A DNA stretch of 64,000 nt, from positions 124,001 to 188,000 of the IMG/VR virus record IMGVR_UViG_3300035156_000206; one strand, written 5' to 3'. Shown here one piece after another: positions 19,922 through 29,771 of the stretch; the stretch's first letter is position 1; each line of letters starts with the position of its first letter. A model generated the notes under the pieces. It saw only the letters and a list, made by a program, of their open reading frames with translations. It had not been told where the DNA came from and did no database searches. The translations under genes were made by a program, and so were the position numbers.

Positions 19922-22411
19922 TTATACTCTCAGGTGGATGAATTTACGTGCTGCAGGGATCGGGTTCAGTGAAGAGTCGATGTTGAAACTACAGTGAACC
20001 CAACTTGCGGAAGCACTAGTCTCACTGATAACTTGTCTAAAGTCAAGGCCTGAACTCTTCAAGGCGTTGAAAATCTTCTCTGGCGATCCGTATGCTGGGC
20101 AGATAAAGTCAACTGCTACGCCTTGCATGTGGTCACTCGTCTTCGAGCTACCTTTGGTTCCAGCGTTGTATGCAGCACAACGGAATCCACTGGTGATGGT
20201 GATGCTGTGACCTAACAGCGACTGCACGTCTTCCAGCTTCTTAGCTAATGCACACAAGTTGTTCATGATGCGATCTGTCAGGTGAGGAATATTCACTTCG
20301 CGACGAATCAGTTGCTCCAACGTGAATGACTTGCTCAAGAAGGTACGACGAGCCGAAGCCATTGTGATTGGTTGCTTACGCACACTCTGACAATTCAGTA
20401 GTTCTTGTGGAGACAGTGGTGTTGAATTTACGCCCATTTTGGCTTTCTGCTCTGCAGTAACGACAGGAGCTGCTTTTGTAGATTTGTCTACCTTTTTCTC
20501 TGCCTTTTGGTTTCCATCCGGTACACCTGAAGGTGATGAGGTAGATGGTTGTGTATCACGACGAGCTGGTGGAGCCCCGGCACCGGTTGGTGTTACCATC
20601 TCTTCCGTTAATATCGTGATCAGGTCTAACTCTTGATCGAACTTGCCGTCACGGAATACACTCTTGATGGAGATGATCTGGAAGAAGCCTGTGTACCAGA
20701 ACTCCTCAGTGAAATCCTTCTGACCAGCAACGAATTCATTATCGCGGGCAGGCATACGCACATTGACCTTGATCAACGGGATCGTTTCCTTCAGTGCTGT
20801 ACCATTTGGGCTGGACACTTCAAGAGCAGTTGGACTAAATGCCTCTAGCAGCCATGGAATACCTACAATGCGCATCTTCGAGTTGATTGCTTCGATTGCT
20901 GCTTGTCGTGCCATAAACGTACGGAAGTCAGCCGTCTTTGCAGGCTCACGTTTGTTACGCGATGCAGGATCTTGAATCGTGCCAGAGTTTCCAACAATCG
21001 AGTACTTACGCATCACGGTGTTGTCTGTATTCAGAATAGTACCAGCTCCGCTACCTAACGTAGTGATATCACCAGAAGCTCCATGGAAATCACCTGGGAA
21101 GTTGTTTGATGATCCGAATGTCTGGAAGAATGCCTGACCGAGCAACATCTTCATATCGTACTCTAGGATCTCGATGTTCGCACCCGTAAAGATGTAGTCG
21201 AACTCAATCACATAACGATGATCCACATTTGGCAAAATCATCTTGCCTTCATTGTTGCGGTTGTCTTTAATGCTGACTGGTACCTTACATGCCTTGACAA
21301 TGTACGTCACAATAGCGGCATCAATGGTGGTGTCAAGCACTGAGTCAATCTTGAAGATTGTCTTGTATCCTTTGTCAACGTCACGGTTCATGATCTCTGT
21401 GACCTTGGTCGTGCTCATTAGCACGTCCGTGATAGCAGACTCAATGTCGATTCCAATTGGCGTTGCCATCTGAGCTTGGCCGCCACCACCTTGGTTACGA
21501 GTGTTGATATTATCGAGTGGCAGGTTAGCGTACTCATCAGCACACGAGATCACATATTTGATCTGACGACCAATTGGGCTATACTTCGAAGGATCATCAC
21601 TTGCACCCTTATTGGTATTGTTGCGTTCATCCAATTGCTTGATCAGTTCCTTGTATGATTTCTCTGCGTTCTCATTCAATGTCGTTTCAAGTGATGTTAA
21701 CGCTTCCTGCACGGTTCCACCCCTAGCATTCGATTGCTCGAGCTTGGCAAATACTGGAAGGCGAGGAGTGCCGTTGATATGGCCTACAAACTCCATCTGA
21801 TACGTTGACCCAGCAGCTGTAAACTCTCCCGTGATGTCCATCATCAGGAATTGGAATGGGCGCGTCTCTAACAATTGTTGGATATGTGGCTCACCGTCGT
21901 GTCCGTCTGTGTAACCCACAAAAATGGTCTTCAACACAAATGTCAGCCCATTTGGTTCAGATTGCAGAGCATCGCATGCGTGCTTCAGCAGGTTCATGAA
22001 GCGGACGCCTTTTGGTTCCATGATCTCCATCATGCCTTCAACGAAGCTGGCGTGAGGATTGCTGCTGCGAGCAGCAGGGTCAATGATGGTCTCAATTTCC
22101 AGTGCCTGGATCACAAACTCAGCATCCGTCATACCATTGATCAACACCATGTATGCATCTTTGCCGTCTGGCACTCCAGGTGGCTTCTTTGGCATGTACT
22201 TGTCTTCATACGATGCGTGCATCCACGTCTCAATGTCGCTCGACTCCATAGCATAGTTTGCAGCAGCCGTTGTGTTAGCTACCACGAGGATGTGATGGTA
22301 TGAGTACGTGCGGAATTGATGCAACAGGTTCAACTCTTTCTCAACATCAATGATGTCCTGAGGAGTCTTACCGTTGAGGATCCGTTGGTCAGAGTTAAAG
22401 ATTCTTGCCAT
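19922..22411 (-). CDS. Baseplate hub protein with C-terminal M15-family peptidase
   Basis: C-terminal ITSGFRC..YN...SxHxxGxAVD...WVH Zn-peptidase motifs; position before gp5. Confidence 0.75.
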   Translation of the reverse strand: MARIFNSDQRILNGKTPQDIIDVEKELNLLHQFRTYSYHHILVVANTTAAANYAMESSDIETWMHASYEDKYMPKKPPGVPDGKDAYMVLINGMTDAEFVIQALEIETIIDPAARSSNPHASFVEGMMEIMEPKGVRFMNLLKHACDALQSEPNGLTFVLKTIFVGYTDGHDGEPHIQQLLETRPFQFLMMDITGEFTAAGSTYQMEFVGHINGTPRLPVFAKLEQSNARGGTVQEALTSLETTLNENAEKSYKELIKQLDERNNTNKGASDDPSKYSPIGRQIKYVISCADEYANLPLDNINTRNQGGGGQAQMATPIGIDIESAITDVLMSTTKVTEIMNRDVDKGYKTIFKIDSVLDTTIDAAIVTYIVKACKVPVSIKDNRNNEGKMILPNVDHRYVIEFDYIFTGANIEILEYDMKMLLGQAFFQTFGSSNNFPGDFHGASGDITTLGSGAGTILNTDNTVMRKYSIVGNSGTIQDPASRNKREPAKTADFRTFMARQAAIEAINSKMRIVGIPWLLEAFSPTALEVSSPNGTALKETIPLIKVNVRMPARDNEFVAGQKDFTEEFWYTGFFQIISIKSVFRDGKFDQELDLITILTEEMVTPTGAGAPPARRDTQPSTSSPSGVPDGNQKAEKKVDKSTKAAPVVTAEQKAKMGVNSTPLSPQELLNCQSVRKQPITMASARRTFLSKSFTLEQLIRREVNIPHLTDRIMNNLCALAKKLEDVQSLLGHSITITSGFRCAAYNAGTKGSSKTSDHMQGVAVDFICPAYGSPEKIFNALKSSGLDFRQVISETSASASWVHCSFNIDSSLNPIPAARKFIHLRV

Positions 22412-22426
22412 AGTATGATATAATTT

Positions 22427-22720
22427 TTATAAGATGCGGTCTGGAGAAGGAAGGTAAATTACTGCACCTTCGATCAGCTCTTCGCGGTCATCCAAGATTG
22501 TGTTATACTGCAACACAACCCACATATACTGATCACTACCGTAGACGAGCTTTGCAATCGCATCAGCTCGTCCTACTAGATCGCTCGTGATCACTAGACG
22601 GATGTCTGTGTTCGAACGAGGCATGATCTTACGTTCCCACCATCCAAGACGGTTCGGGAATTGTTCAGTTGTGCCACCTTGCACATATCGTGTGCGCTTG
22701 TTGTTTGTCGATGATGCCAT
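22427..22720 (-). CDS. Baseplate wedge gp53/LysM-like protein
   Basis: GRADAIAKLVYG..YMWVVLQYN...IYLP. Confidence 0.8.
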   Translation of the reverse strand: MASSTNNKRTRYVQGGTTEQFPNRLGWWERKIMPRSNTDIRLVITSDLVGRADAIAKLVYGSDQYMWVVLQYNTILDDREELIEGAVIYLPSPDRIL

Positions 22721-22722
22721 GA

Positions 22723-23667
22723 TTAGAATCCTGGTAATTTACCATCACGGTATTTGAAAATGTCGAAGTTTTCAAACTCGCGAGGTGAGTGAGTCTCAAC
22801 CAGAGCTAATGAGATGCTCATGATGATCGGGAATGGCTCACCATCAATAGTTGGTATGTAATCCACATCATTTGGGTAGTTGATGCTCAGGTTCGTAATC
22901 ACCACTGGGATCTTAAAAATGTTGGTGGAACGGTCCAACTGTCCACCTTTCAGTACAGGATCCGAATATGCAGTCAGATACAACACTTCTGGAGGAGCTC
23001 CTAGGAATTGTTTGCCACGTTGCACCGTTTGTGTTCCGTCAGCTACTGCAACGCGCTTGAACGAATCATTACCACCATTGAACATTGGTCGTGCTGATTG
23101 CGGCAGTCCACCGCTCTGATCATTCATCACGCTCAACAGGAATTGTGCTTTCGTCTTGTTACTCGATGTCAACAGCTTCCGCTTCTGATCTTCAGTGAGG
23201 ACAGAGGCACCATTAGTTGCTCCTGGGGTAACCCAACCATTCGATTGAAGTACACCTGCAATGTCATTTGCATTGAGAGGTTCTGTTTTGGACTTATCGC
23301 CTTCAACTGTTCGTTGCCATTCTTCTTTAGTCTTTGCCATCAGCACGTTCTTGCCATTCGCTGTACCAAAACCAAAGTACGGCTTCGTCCAACCACGAAG
23401 AGTGTTACGGATAGCTTGATTCGCCGTCGCTTCCATTGGAGTACGACTGATCAACTTCAGATCACCAATGTCGTATGTGCTAGACTTAGTGCCTTTGTAG
23501 ACGAAGAACGAACCAGGCATATGAATTGGATCCAATGCTTGGTACTCAACCTGAATGTTTTCAGCAATTGTTGGCATCACATTGAACACCACCTCACTGG
23601 TAGGAATCGTTGAGGTGCCGTGACTGTAGCTCTCGAGCCTTACTTTATACTGATTGCTATTGTCCAT
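22723..23667 (-). CDS. Baseplate tube-initiator-like protein (gp48/54-like)
   Basis: GAPPEVLYL, IPVVITNLSINYPNDVDY, ISLALVE. Confidence 0.65.
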   Translation of the reverse strand: MDNSNQYKVRLESYSHGTSTIPTSEVVFNVMPTIAENIQVEYQALDPIHMPGSFFVYKGTKSSTYDIGDLKLISRTPMEATANQAIRNTLRGWTKPYFGFGTANGKNVLMAKTKEEWQRTVEGDKSKTEPLNANDIAGVLQSNGWVTPGATNGASVLTEDQKRKLLTSSNKTKAQFLLSVMNDQSGGLPQSARPMFNGGNDSFKRVAVADGTQTVQRGKQFLGAPPEVLYLTAYSDPVLKGGQLDRSTNIFKIPVVITNLSINYPNDVDYIPTIDGEPFPIIMSISLALVETHSPREFENFDIFKYRDGKLPGF

Positions 23668-24217
23668 GGGCCTCTTTCAACAGGTCGAATGTGGTGGTTA
23701 CTTGTTTGTTATCTGTATACATCAAATGCGAACGGAATGACGTCAAGTCATTGTTCGCAACCGCCCGTTCGCAAACTTGCTGCACACTGTCCAGGTAAGC
23801 TGGTACATACTTCACCAGTGTATCTTTTCCGTATACGGCTTTGCACGTGACAAGTGCCTTCTCCACGATTACAGTTTCACCAAGCACTGCCACAGGCACA
23901 CGACTAAATGAGTGCAGCTTCATTAGGGAGGAAGCGACATCGCGCTCAACTACTACCTTCAGGAAGCTGTAGTCACGGGACAAGGTCTCAATGACTGTGT
24001 TCAACATCGTTTCGTTTGTGCTAGGGGTGCGCATGATTGTGAGGATAGCTTCGGCATTGTGTTCGTCACTCAGCTTCATCATTTCGGCAATCATTGGTAA
24101 ATAGCCGATGTGGAAAGGACTGAATGATCCATACCCGAGGATCACCGATTGGGTATCACCCAAAAAGTGTGACTCCTGGAGTTGTTTATCATTTGATAAG
24201 AAGTTCTTGAAATTCAT
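23657..24217 (-). CDS. Cytidylyltransferase-fold (HIGH superfamily) protein, degenerate motif
   Basis: GYGSFSPFHIGY (HxGH changed to HIGY); preceded by TAAATA. Confidence 0.55.
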   Translation of the reverse strand: MNFKNFLSNDKQLQESHFLGDTQSVILGYGSFSPFHIGYLPMIAEMMKLSDEHNAEAILTIMRTPSTNETMLNTVIETLSRDYSFLKVVVERDVASSLMKLHSFSRVPVAVLGETVIVEKALVTCKAVYGKDTLVKYVPAYLDSVQQVCERAVANNDLTSFRSHLMYTDNKQVTTTFDLLKEAHGQ

Positions 24218-24256
24218 AGTGTCCATTCCGCGTTTCCATCTATTTATCACGACCTG

Positions 24257-24285
24257 TTGCCTTTAATTAGACCATGGTGTAGTAT
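24257..24285 (+). promoter_or_regulatory. Sigma70-type promoter for the gp55 gene
   Basis: TTGCCT-17 bp-TAGTAT. Confidence 0.6.
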
Positions 24286-24393
24286 GTATGCCTATAGGAC
24301 GTCAGGGAAAAGCCCCAGGCGCGACATACTAACATTTGTGATCATATGGCAACATTGACACATAAGCCCAAACTGAGGGCATAAGGAAATAAC

Positions 24394-25014
24394 ATGGCAC
24401 GACCTAAAAAAGTAGTAACAATCGATGAAGTCATTCAAGATGCACCAAACATGGATGATCTGTATGAAGTTGATCCAGAGCAGTTCCTAGCTGCAGCAGT
24501 GCATGGAGATGCAATCGATCCTGAGCTGGCTACTCTGTTGGACGATGAGCCTGAAGTTGAAGAGCCGGTGGTCGAAGAAGAGGTGATGAAGCCAATTAAG
24601 GCCAAGCGCGTCAAGAACTACATCAACAACGCCGACTTGCTGGTACAGTTAGCGATCAGCAATGCAAATGGTGAGATGAGCAAGGAACTGGTCAAAATGT
24701 TCCAGACCCTGTGTGACCGTTACGGCGCCAAGGCAAACTTTGGTGGCTACTCGTACATCGACGATATGAAGGCATATGCAATGTACATGCTCGTGCGCAC
24801 ATGGAAGGCTTTCAAGTGCGAGAAAAGCCAGAACCCATTTGCTTTCTTCACCCAGTGCATCAAGCACAGTTTCATCCAGTGTCTCAACAAGGAACGCAAC
24901 GAGCGTGACATTCGGGACCAGCTACTGATTGATGCTGGTCTGAATCCTTCCTACTCCTTTGGAGGTGGTGATTCAGATAGCTCTGGTGGCGGTGGTGAAG
25001 ACAGCTACGATTGA
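24394..25014 (+). CDS. Late-transcription sigma factor (T4 gp55-like)
   Basis: NYINNADLL, NFGGYSYIDDM, SQNPFAFFTQCIKHSFIQCLNKE; adjacent to gp47/gp46 as in T4. Confidence 0.9.
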   Translation: MARPKKVVTIDEVIQDAPNMDDLYEVDPEQFLAAAVHGDAIDPELATLLDDEPEVEEPVVEEEVMKPIKAKRVKNYINNADLLVQLAISNANGEMSKELVKMFQTLCDRYGAKANFGGYSYIDDMKAYAMYMLVRTWKAFKCEKSQNPFAFFTQCIKHSFIQCLNKERNERDIRDQLLIDAGLNPSYSFGGGDSDSSGGGGEDSYD

Positions 25015-25016
25015 TC

Positions 25017-25040
25017 AAAAGCCCTACGGGGCTTTTTCTT
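25017..25040 (+). terminator. Rho-independent terminator
   Basis: aaaagccc-TACG-gggcttttt. Confidence 0.75.
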
Positions 25041-25077
25041 CGTTTGGATCCAATAAATAGCAGATCTAGGAGATGCT

Positions 25078-25548
25078 ATGATTCTTAACGAACTATTCGA
25101 CACTGCAGCACGTTACCAACTTACGGACGATGGTACTGGCTATTTCAACATCAACGGCAAAGCTTTTGTGGTGGACTTTGCAGTAGAGCCTGACAAGAGC
25201 GTTGAGGTATCGTTCATGCTCCGGGATGGTGAGTACAAAGGTGGTACACCCAAGTACACACATACTGCAACTGGCACGGGTGATGAGCTTGTGGTGTTCA
25301 GCACAGTCATTGCAATCATTAGAGAATATCTGAAACGCACACCAACACACAAGATCGTGTTCACGTCAAAGACGAGTGAGCCTTCACGTGTGAAATTATA
25401 CGATCGGATGGCTCGTACACTGGTACCAGGTTGGCAGTTGTCCACACGGTTTATTAGTGGCGAGAAAATGTATGAATTAGTAGACCCTGCTTTCCACACA
25501 AGAAATACTCCACCGGGTGCAGGGTCTTCAGAAGACGTTCCGTTCTAA
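25078..25548 (+). CDS. Hypothetical late protein (MILNELFD N-terminus)
   Basis: AATAAATA promoter and AGGAG RBS. Confidence 0.75.
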   Translation: MILNELFDTAARYQLTDDGTGYFNINGKAFVVDFAVEPDKSVEVSFMLRDGEYKGGTPKYTHTATGTGDELVVFSTVIAIIREYLKRTPTHKIVFTSKTSEPSRVKLYDRMARTLVPGWQLSTRFISGEKMYELVDPAFHTRNTPPGAGSSEDVPF

Positions 25549-25555
25549 AAAGTTG

Positions 25556-25584
25556 TTGACATCGGTTGTGTTCTAGTCTAGGAT
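25556..25584 (+). promoter_or_regulatory. Sigma70-type promoter for gp47/gp46
   Basis: TTGACA-17 bp-TAGGAT. Confidence 0.7.
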
Positions 25585-25618
25585 GTGGAGCGTACACATA
25601 TCCTGTAACTTGAGACCT

Positions 25619-26719
25619 ATGATCCTAAACAATACACATCCCGAAACAGTTGCTTTGTTCAAGAAATTGAAGAAGGCTGCTGCATTCACTGATATCCACT
25701 TCGGCAAGAAGGGAAACTCAGATCAACACAATCAAGACTGCTTGGATTCTATCACCTGGTTCTGTGAACAGGTGCGTAAGGATCCAACGATCGATCACAT
25801 AGTTGTACCAGGTGACTGGCATGAACTGCGTTCGTCACTCAGCATCAACACGATGGATTACTCTCTCCGTGGTGCTGAACTATTAAGCACTCTCGGTATC
25901 CCAATCATCATCACTATCGGCAACCACGATCTGTTTCACCGTGATAGCCGTACGATGTATTCCACTATCATGTTCAAGCACATCCCCAACATCTATCTGG
26001 TGCCTGAGCCAGTAGTGATGGAGTTGAAGCACGGTCCAACATTGTTTGCACCATTCCTGTTCTCTGATGAGTACCCAGGTCTGGTGAAGCATGCAGCTGT
26101 GCCAGTATGGTGGGGACACTTTGAGTTTAAAGGCTTCGTCATCAGTGGATACAACACGAAGATGGAACACGGTCCAGAACATGGCGACTTCAGTGGACCA
26201 AAGCGGATCTTCAGTGGCCACTTTCACAAGCGCCAAATTCAAGACAACATCGTCTATATCGGCAATGCCTTCCCTATGGATTTCTCTGATGCTGGAGACT
26301 TTGCACGGGGCATGGCAGTGTATGACTACAAACACGATGAGCTGGAGTTTATTGACTGGCCAGGCTGTCCGAAGTACGTTAAGGCAAAGCTGTCACAATT
26401 CCTTGACGAGACCGCTGCCATCCCTGCGAACTCACGTGTGCGTTGCATCATTGATGTGCCGCTGACGTACGAAGAGAGCATTATCATCAAGCAGACATTC
26501 CTGGTTCAGTATGAACTTCGTGAGCTGCGCCTTGAAGAGTCAGATGAGTTGACAGACGTCCTAACCAACACCGAGACAGGGGAGATCATGGAGAACCCAG
26601 AAGGCCGATTGAATACTGTCGATGAGCTGGTTGTTCAGATGCTTGGTGCAATCGACACTCCTAAGATTGATCAGGCCATGCTTGTCAATCTGTACCAAAA
26701 ATTACAATCGGAGGGATGA
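25619..26719 (+). CDS. Recombination nuclease, Mre11/SbcD-like (T4 gp47)
   Basis: Motifs TDIHFG, GDW, GNHD, GHFE, SGHFH, YIGN. Confidence 0.92.
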   Translation: MILNNTHPETVALFKKLKKAAAFTDIHFGKKGNSDQHNQDCLDSITWFCEQVRKDPTIDHIVVPGDWHELRSSLSINTMDYSLRGAELLSTLGIPIIITIGNHDLFHRDSRTMYSTIMFKHIPNIYLVPEPVVMELKHGPTLFAPFLFSDEYPGLVKHAAVPVWWGHFEFKGFVISGYNTKMEHGPEHGDFSGPKRIFSGHFHKRQIQDNIVYIGNAFPMDFSDAGDFARGMAVYDYKHDELEFIDWPGCPKYVKAKLSQFLDETAAIPANSRVRCIIDVPLTYEESIIIKQTFLVQYELRELRLEESDELTDVLTNTETGEIMENPEGRLNTVDELVVQMLGAIDTPKIDQAMLVNLYQKLQSEG

Positions 26720-26720
26720 T

Positions 26721-26897
26721 ATGACATTTGATGACTATGTAGCGGCCGTGGATGTTTGGGTGCTGGAAGTGTTCACCACAGGATTGGACCATGACGATCT
26801 GGAGTACGTTATGGCTATGATGGATATTAAGATGTTACCCGAGTCGTGTGCTGCGGAAGTTGTTAAACAAAGAATGAAAGAGTGTGAAGATGATTGA
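26721..26897 (+). CDS. Small acidic hypothetical protein
   Basis: GGAGGG RBS; fills the gap between gp47 and gp46. Confidence 0.6.
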   Translation: MTFDDYVAAVDVWVLEVFTTGLDHDDLEYVMAMMDIKMLPESCAAEVVKQRMKECEDD

Positions 26898-29394
26898 TAG
26901 TACCGATATGTTAGAATTACTGGAGCTGCGCATGCGCAACTTCCTATCGTATGGCAACAACTATACGATCATCGACCTGACGACACCTGGCACCACTCTG
27001 ATCGTGGGAGAAGACTTGGATAGTGGTACCGGGTCAGCAAACGGTGTTGGTAAGACGACCATCCTCAATGGCATCGTCTATGGCTTATATGATAAGCCAC
27101 TGTCGAAAGAGATCAAGCTCGACCACCTGATCAACAACATCAACAAGAAGAATATGGAAGTGTCTCTGACCTTCCGCAAGCATGGTGATACATTTGTTGT
27201 TACGCGCTTCCGCAAGGGCAAGGACGGCAACACTGTCATCCTGACCAAGAATGGTACCGCTATCACGCGTGACAGCGTAGACCAGACTAACAAGTTCATC
27301 GAGACGGTGATTGGTTACTCATACGACCTGTTCGTCCGCATTGTTGTGTTCTCTGCAGGACACGATGCATTCTTAGACTTGCCTACGTCTGGGGCAAAGA
27401 AGCCTCTTCAATCAGACATCATGGAAGAGCTGTTCGACTTAACGTCACTGACGGAAAAGGCCGAGCGCGCCAAGAAAGAGATCAAGGCCAATGAGCAGCG
27501 CATGGAAGTTATCAAGGCTCAGATTGAACAGATCGAGCGTGAAGCTGAACGCCACGCTGCACAGATTGCAACCACACGCCGGCTAATCGGTGAATGGGAT
27601 GTTACACAGACAGGTAAGATTGCTCGACTCAAGGCTGAACTGGCTACTCTGGAAGGGATCGACTTCGAGAAGGAGCAACGACTCCACAAAGAGTTAGAGG
27701 CAAAGAAGCCGGCTCGCAAGGCATTGTGGGATGCGCGTGATCGTGCAGTCACGTGGGAAGCTTCTCACCAGATGAAGACGCTGCGTGTGATGAAGGATCT
27801 CAAGAAGCTTGATGGGATTGACTTCGACGCACAGTTGGAACTGCATCGTCAGTTGAAGCATGCCACGCAGCGCCACAAAGAGTTAGCCAGCACCTTCAAG
27901 CAGTACTCCAGCTTTGAAGAGACCAATAGTCTCAAGCTGTCATCTCTGGCCAAAGAAATCCAATCAATGGCCGATGTGGACTTTGATGCTGAGAAGGCTA
28001 TCTTTACCCATTTGGCCGATAAGCAAGCATCTCTGAAGACCCTCAACACAGAGTTAGAAGAGATCGTCAGGGTCAAGGGTGAGAACTTAGTCACCTATGA
28101 AAAACTGAACACAGAGTCGAAGCACCTGTTCGATGCTACCTGTCCGTACTGTTTGCAGAACTTTGCAGGTGCTAAGGAGAAGGGTGAGAAGATTGGTGAT
28201 CAGCTAACTGAGCTGCAGGGTGGTCTCAAGAAGCACGACAGTAAGATCACAAAGACCAATAAGGCAATCTCTGCACTGGCTGAAGAGATTGAGGCACTCA
28301 AAGGTAAGGCGATCGTTAAGTCCTTGGCGGATCTGGTCAAGATGCAATCTGATAAAGAGTCACTGGATTGTCGTTATGCTGATGCAAGTGATGCAGTCAA
28401 TCCTCATGCGGTAGCCCTGCAAGAGCTGATGCAATCGGACAAAATTGAATCTGACCAAGTTGAGTTGGACATTGCAGAACTTGCTACAAAGATCAAGGCC
28501 CGTAAGGACTGCATTACTGTGGATGACGCTGATGAGCTCGCTCAGATGAAATCAGATAGCGTCTCATTGAAGGCTCGCTTGGAGGAGCTGACGGAGGAAG
28601 CTAATCCGTACCTCAAGGAGATCAATGCACTTGGTGTGAAGATCAAAGCGACCGATGACATCTTGGAGGTATGTGATCCAATCATTAATCGACTGACCAG
28701 TGAGATCAAGGACATCGAGGATCAGATTACAGTGGATGACATTGAGGACTTGTTGGAGACAAAGAACAACAGTGCCACAATGGAAGCCAGGATCAAGGAG
28801 ATGTCAACAGAGGCCAATCCATACGAGACTACTTTGGCGGAGTTGGAAGCGGTTGAGTTGGATGAGGCAAAGTATGATTTCATCAACGAGATGACTAAGG
28901 TAGTGGATCACCACAAGTTCCTGGTCAAGCTGTTGACAAAATCTGACAGCTTTGTTCGGAAACAACTGATCGCTGAGAATATTCCGTTCCTAAATAAACA
29001 ACTGCGTGAGAATCTGAAGGACTTAGGATTGCCACACCGTGTAGAGTTTACTGATACCATGTCAGCATCGATCTCGCAGTTGGGTCGTCCTTTAGAGTTT
29101 GGTAACCTGTCTCGTGGTCAGAAGGCACGTGTGAACTTGGCACTAGCTTGGGCATTCCACGATGTTCTACAAAGCATGCACGGGCCCGTCAATTTCTGTT
29201 TACTTGATGAGGTGCTTGATGTAGGATTGTGTTCAGTAGGAGTCATTATGGCTGCGAAGATGTTGAAGAACAGAGCGAAGCGTGACAAGTTGACGATGTT
29301 CATCATCTCACACAAGCAGGAAGTGGACAGTATCTTCGATCGTACAATGAAGATTCAGTTGCACAAGGGCTTCTCCAAGATTGCTACAGAGTAA
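26884..29394 (+). CDS. Recombination ATPase, Rad50/SbcC-like (T4 gp46)
   Basis: NFLSYGN, Walker A NGVGKT, CPYC zinc hook, LSRGQ signature, LLDEVLD, ISH. Confidence 0.93.
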   Translation: MKMIDSTDMLELLELRMRNFLSYGNNYTIIDLTTPGTTLIVGEDLDSGTGSANGVGKTTILNGIVYGLYDKPLSKEIKLDHLINNINKKNMEVSLTFRKHGDTFVVTRFRKGKDGNTVILTKNGTAITRDSVDQTNKFIETVIGYSYDLFVRIVVFSAGHDAFLDLPTSGAKKPLQSDIMEELFDLTSLTEKAERAKKEIKANEQRMEVIKAQIEQIEREAERHAAQIATTRRLIGEWDVTQTGKIARLKAELATLEGIDFEKEQRLHKELEAKKPARKALWDARDRAVTWEASHQMKTLRVMKDLKKLDGIDFDAQLELHRQLKHATQRHKELASTFKQYSSFEETNSLKLSSLAKEIQSMADVDFDAEKAIFTHLADKQASLKTLNTELEEIVRVKGENLVTYEKLNTESKHLFDATCPYCLQNFAGAKEKGEKIGDQLTELQGGLKKHDSKITKTNKAISALAEEIEALKGKAIVKSLADLVKMQSDKESLDCRYADASDAVNPHAVALQELMQSDKIESDQVELDIAELATKIKARKDCITVDDADELAQMKSDSVSLKARLEELTEEANPYLKEINALGVKIKATDDILEVCDPIINRLTSEIKDIEDQITVDDIEDLLETKNNSATMEARIKEMSTEANPYETTLAELEAVELDEAKYDFINEMTKVVDHHKFLVKLLTKSDSFVRKQLIAENIPFLNKQLRENLKDLGLPHRVEFTDTMSASISQLGRPLEFGNLSRGQKARVNLALAWAFHDVLQSMHGPVNFCLLDEVLDVGLCSVGVIMAAKMLKNRAKRDKLTMFIISHKQEVDSIFDRTMKIQLHKGFSKIATE

Positions 29395-29400
29395 CCAATA

Positions 29401-29423
29401 GGCGACCTTCGGGTCGCCATTTC
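29401..29423 (+). terminator. Hairpin/terminator
   Basis: ggcgacc-TTCG-ggtcgcc followed by attt. Confidence 0.55.
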
Positions 29424-29438
29424 CCGTAGGAGGAATGT

Positions 29439-29771
29439 ATGACAATGGATCAATCGATGTGGGAAGACGTGCATGAACCGTCCGAGGAAGAGATAGCAAC
29501 AGGAAGACGCCTCCAGGCCGAGGCAAAGGCGAGATGGGATGCATTAACGCCAGAGCAGAAAGCCAAGAAGGAAGAGGAGCGGCAAGCACGATTTCGCGCG
29601 CATTCAGAATTTTATGAACGTTTGGGTTTGAGGTTGATTGTGCCTACAACTATACCTCAAACTGAGCTCATTGTCCAACCAATGGTCGAACCTCAAGGAT
29701 TGGTGTTCGCAATGCGAGCACGATACAATTGGGAGATCCAAAAAGGCGAAACTGATGAAAAACCAGTTTGA
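29439..29771 (+). CDS. Small protein carrying a major-capsid Gol-region-like segment
   Basis: AGGAGG RBS; C-terminal LRLIVPTTIPQTELIVQPMVEPQGLVFAMRARY aligns with the major capsid protein. Confidence 0.7.
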   Translation: MTMDQSMWEDVHEPSEEEIATGRRLQAEAKARWDALTPEQKAKKEEERQARFRAHSEFYERLGLRLIVPTTIPQTELIVQPMVEPQGLVFAMRARYNWEIQKGETDEKPV

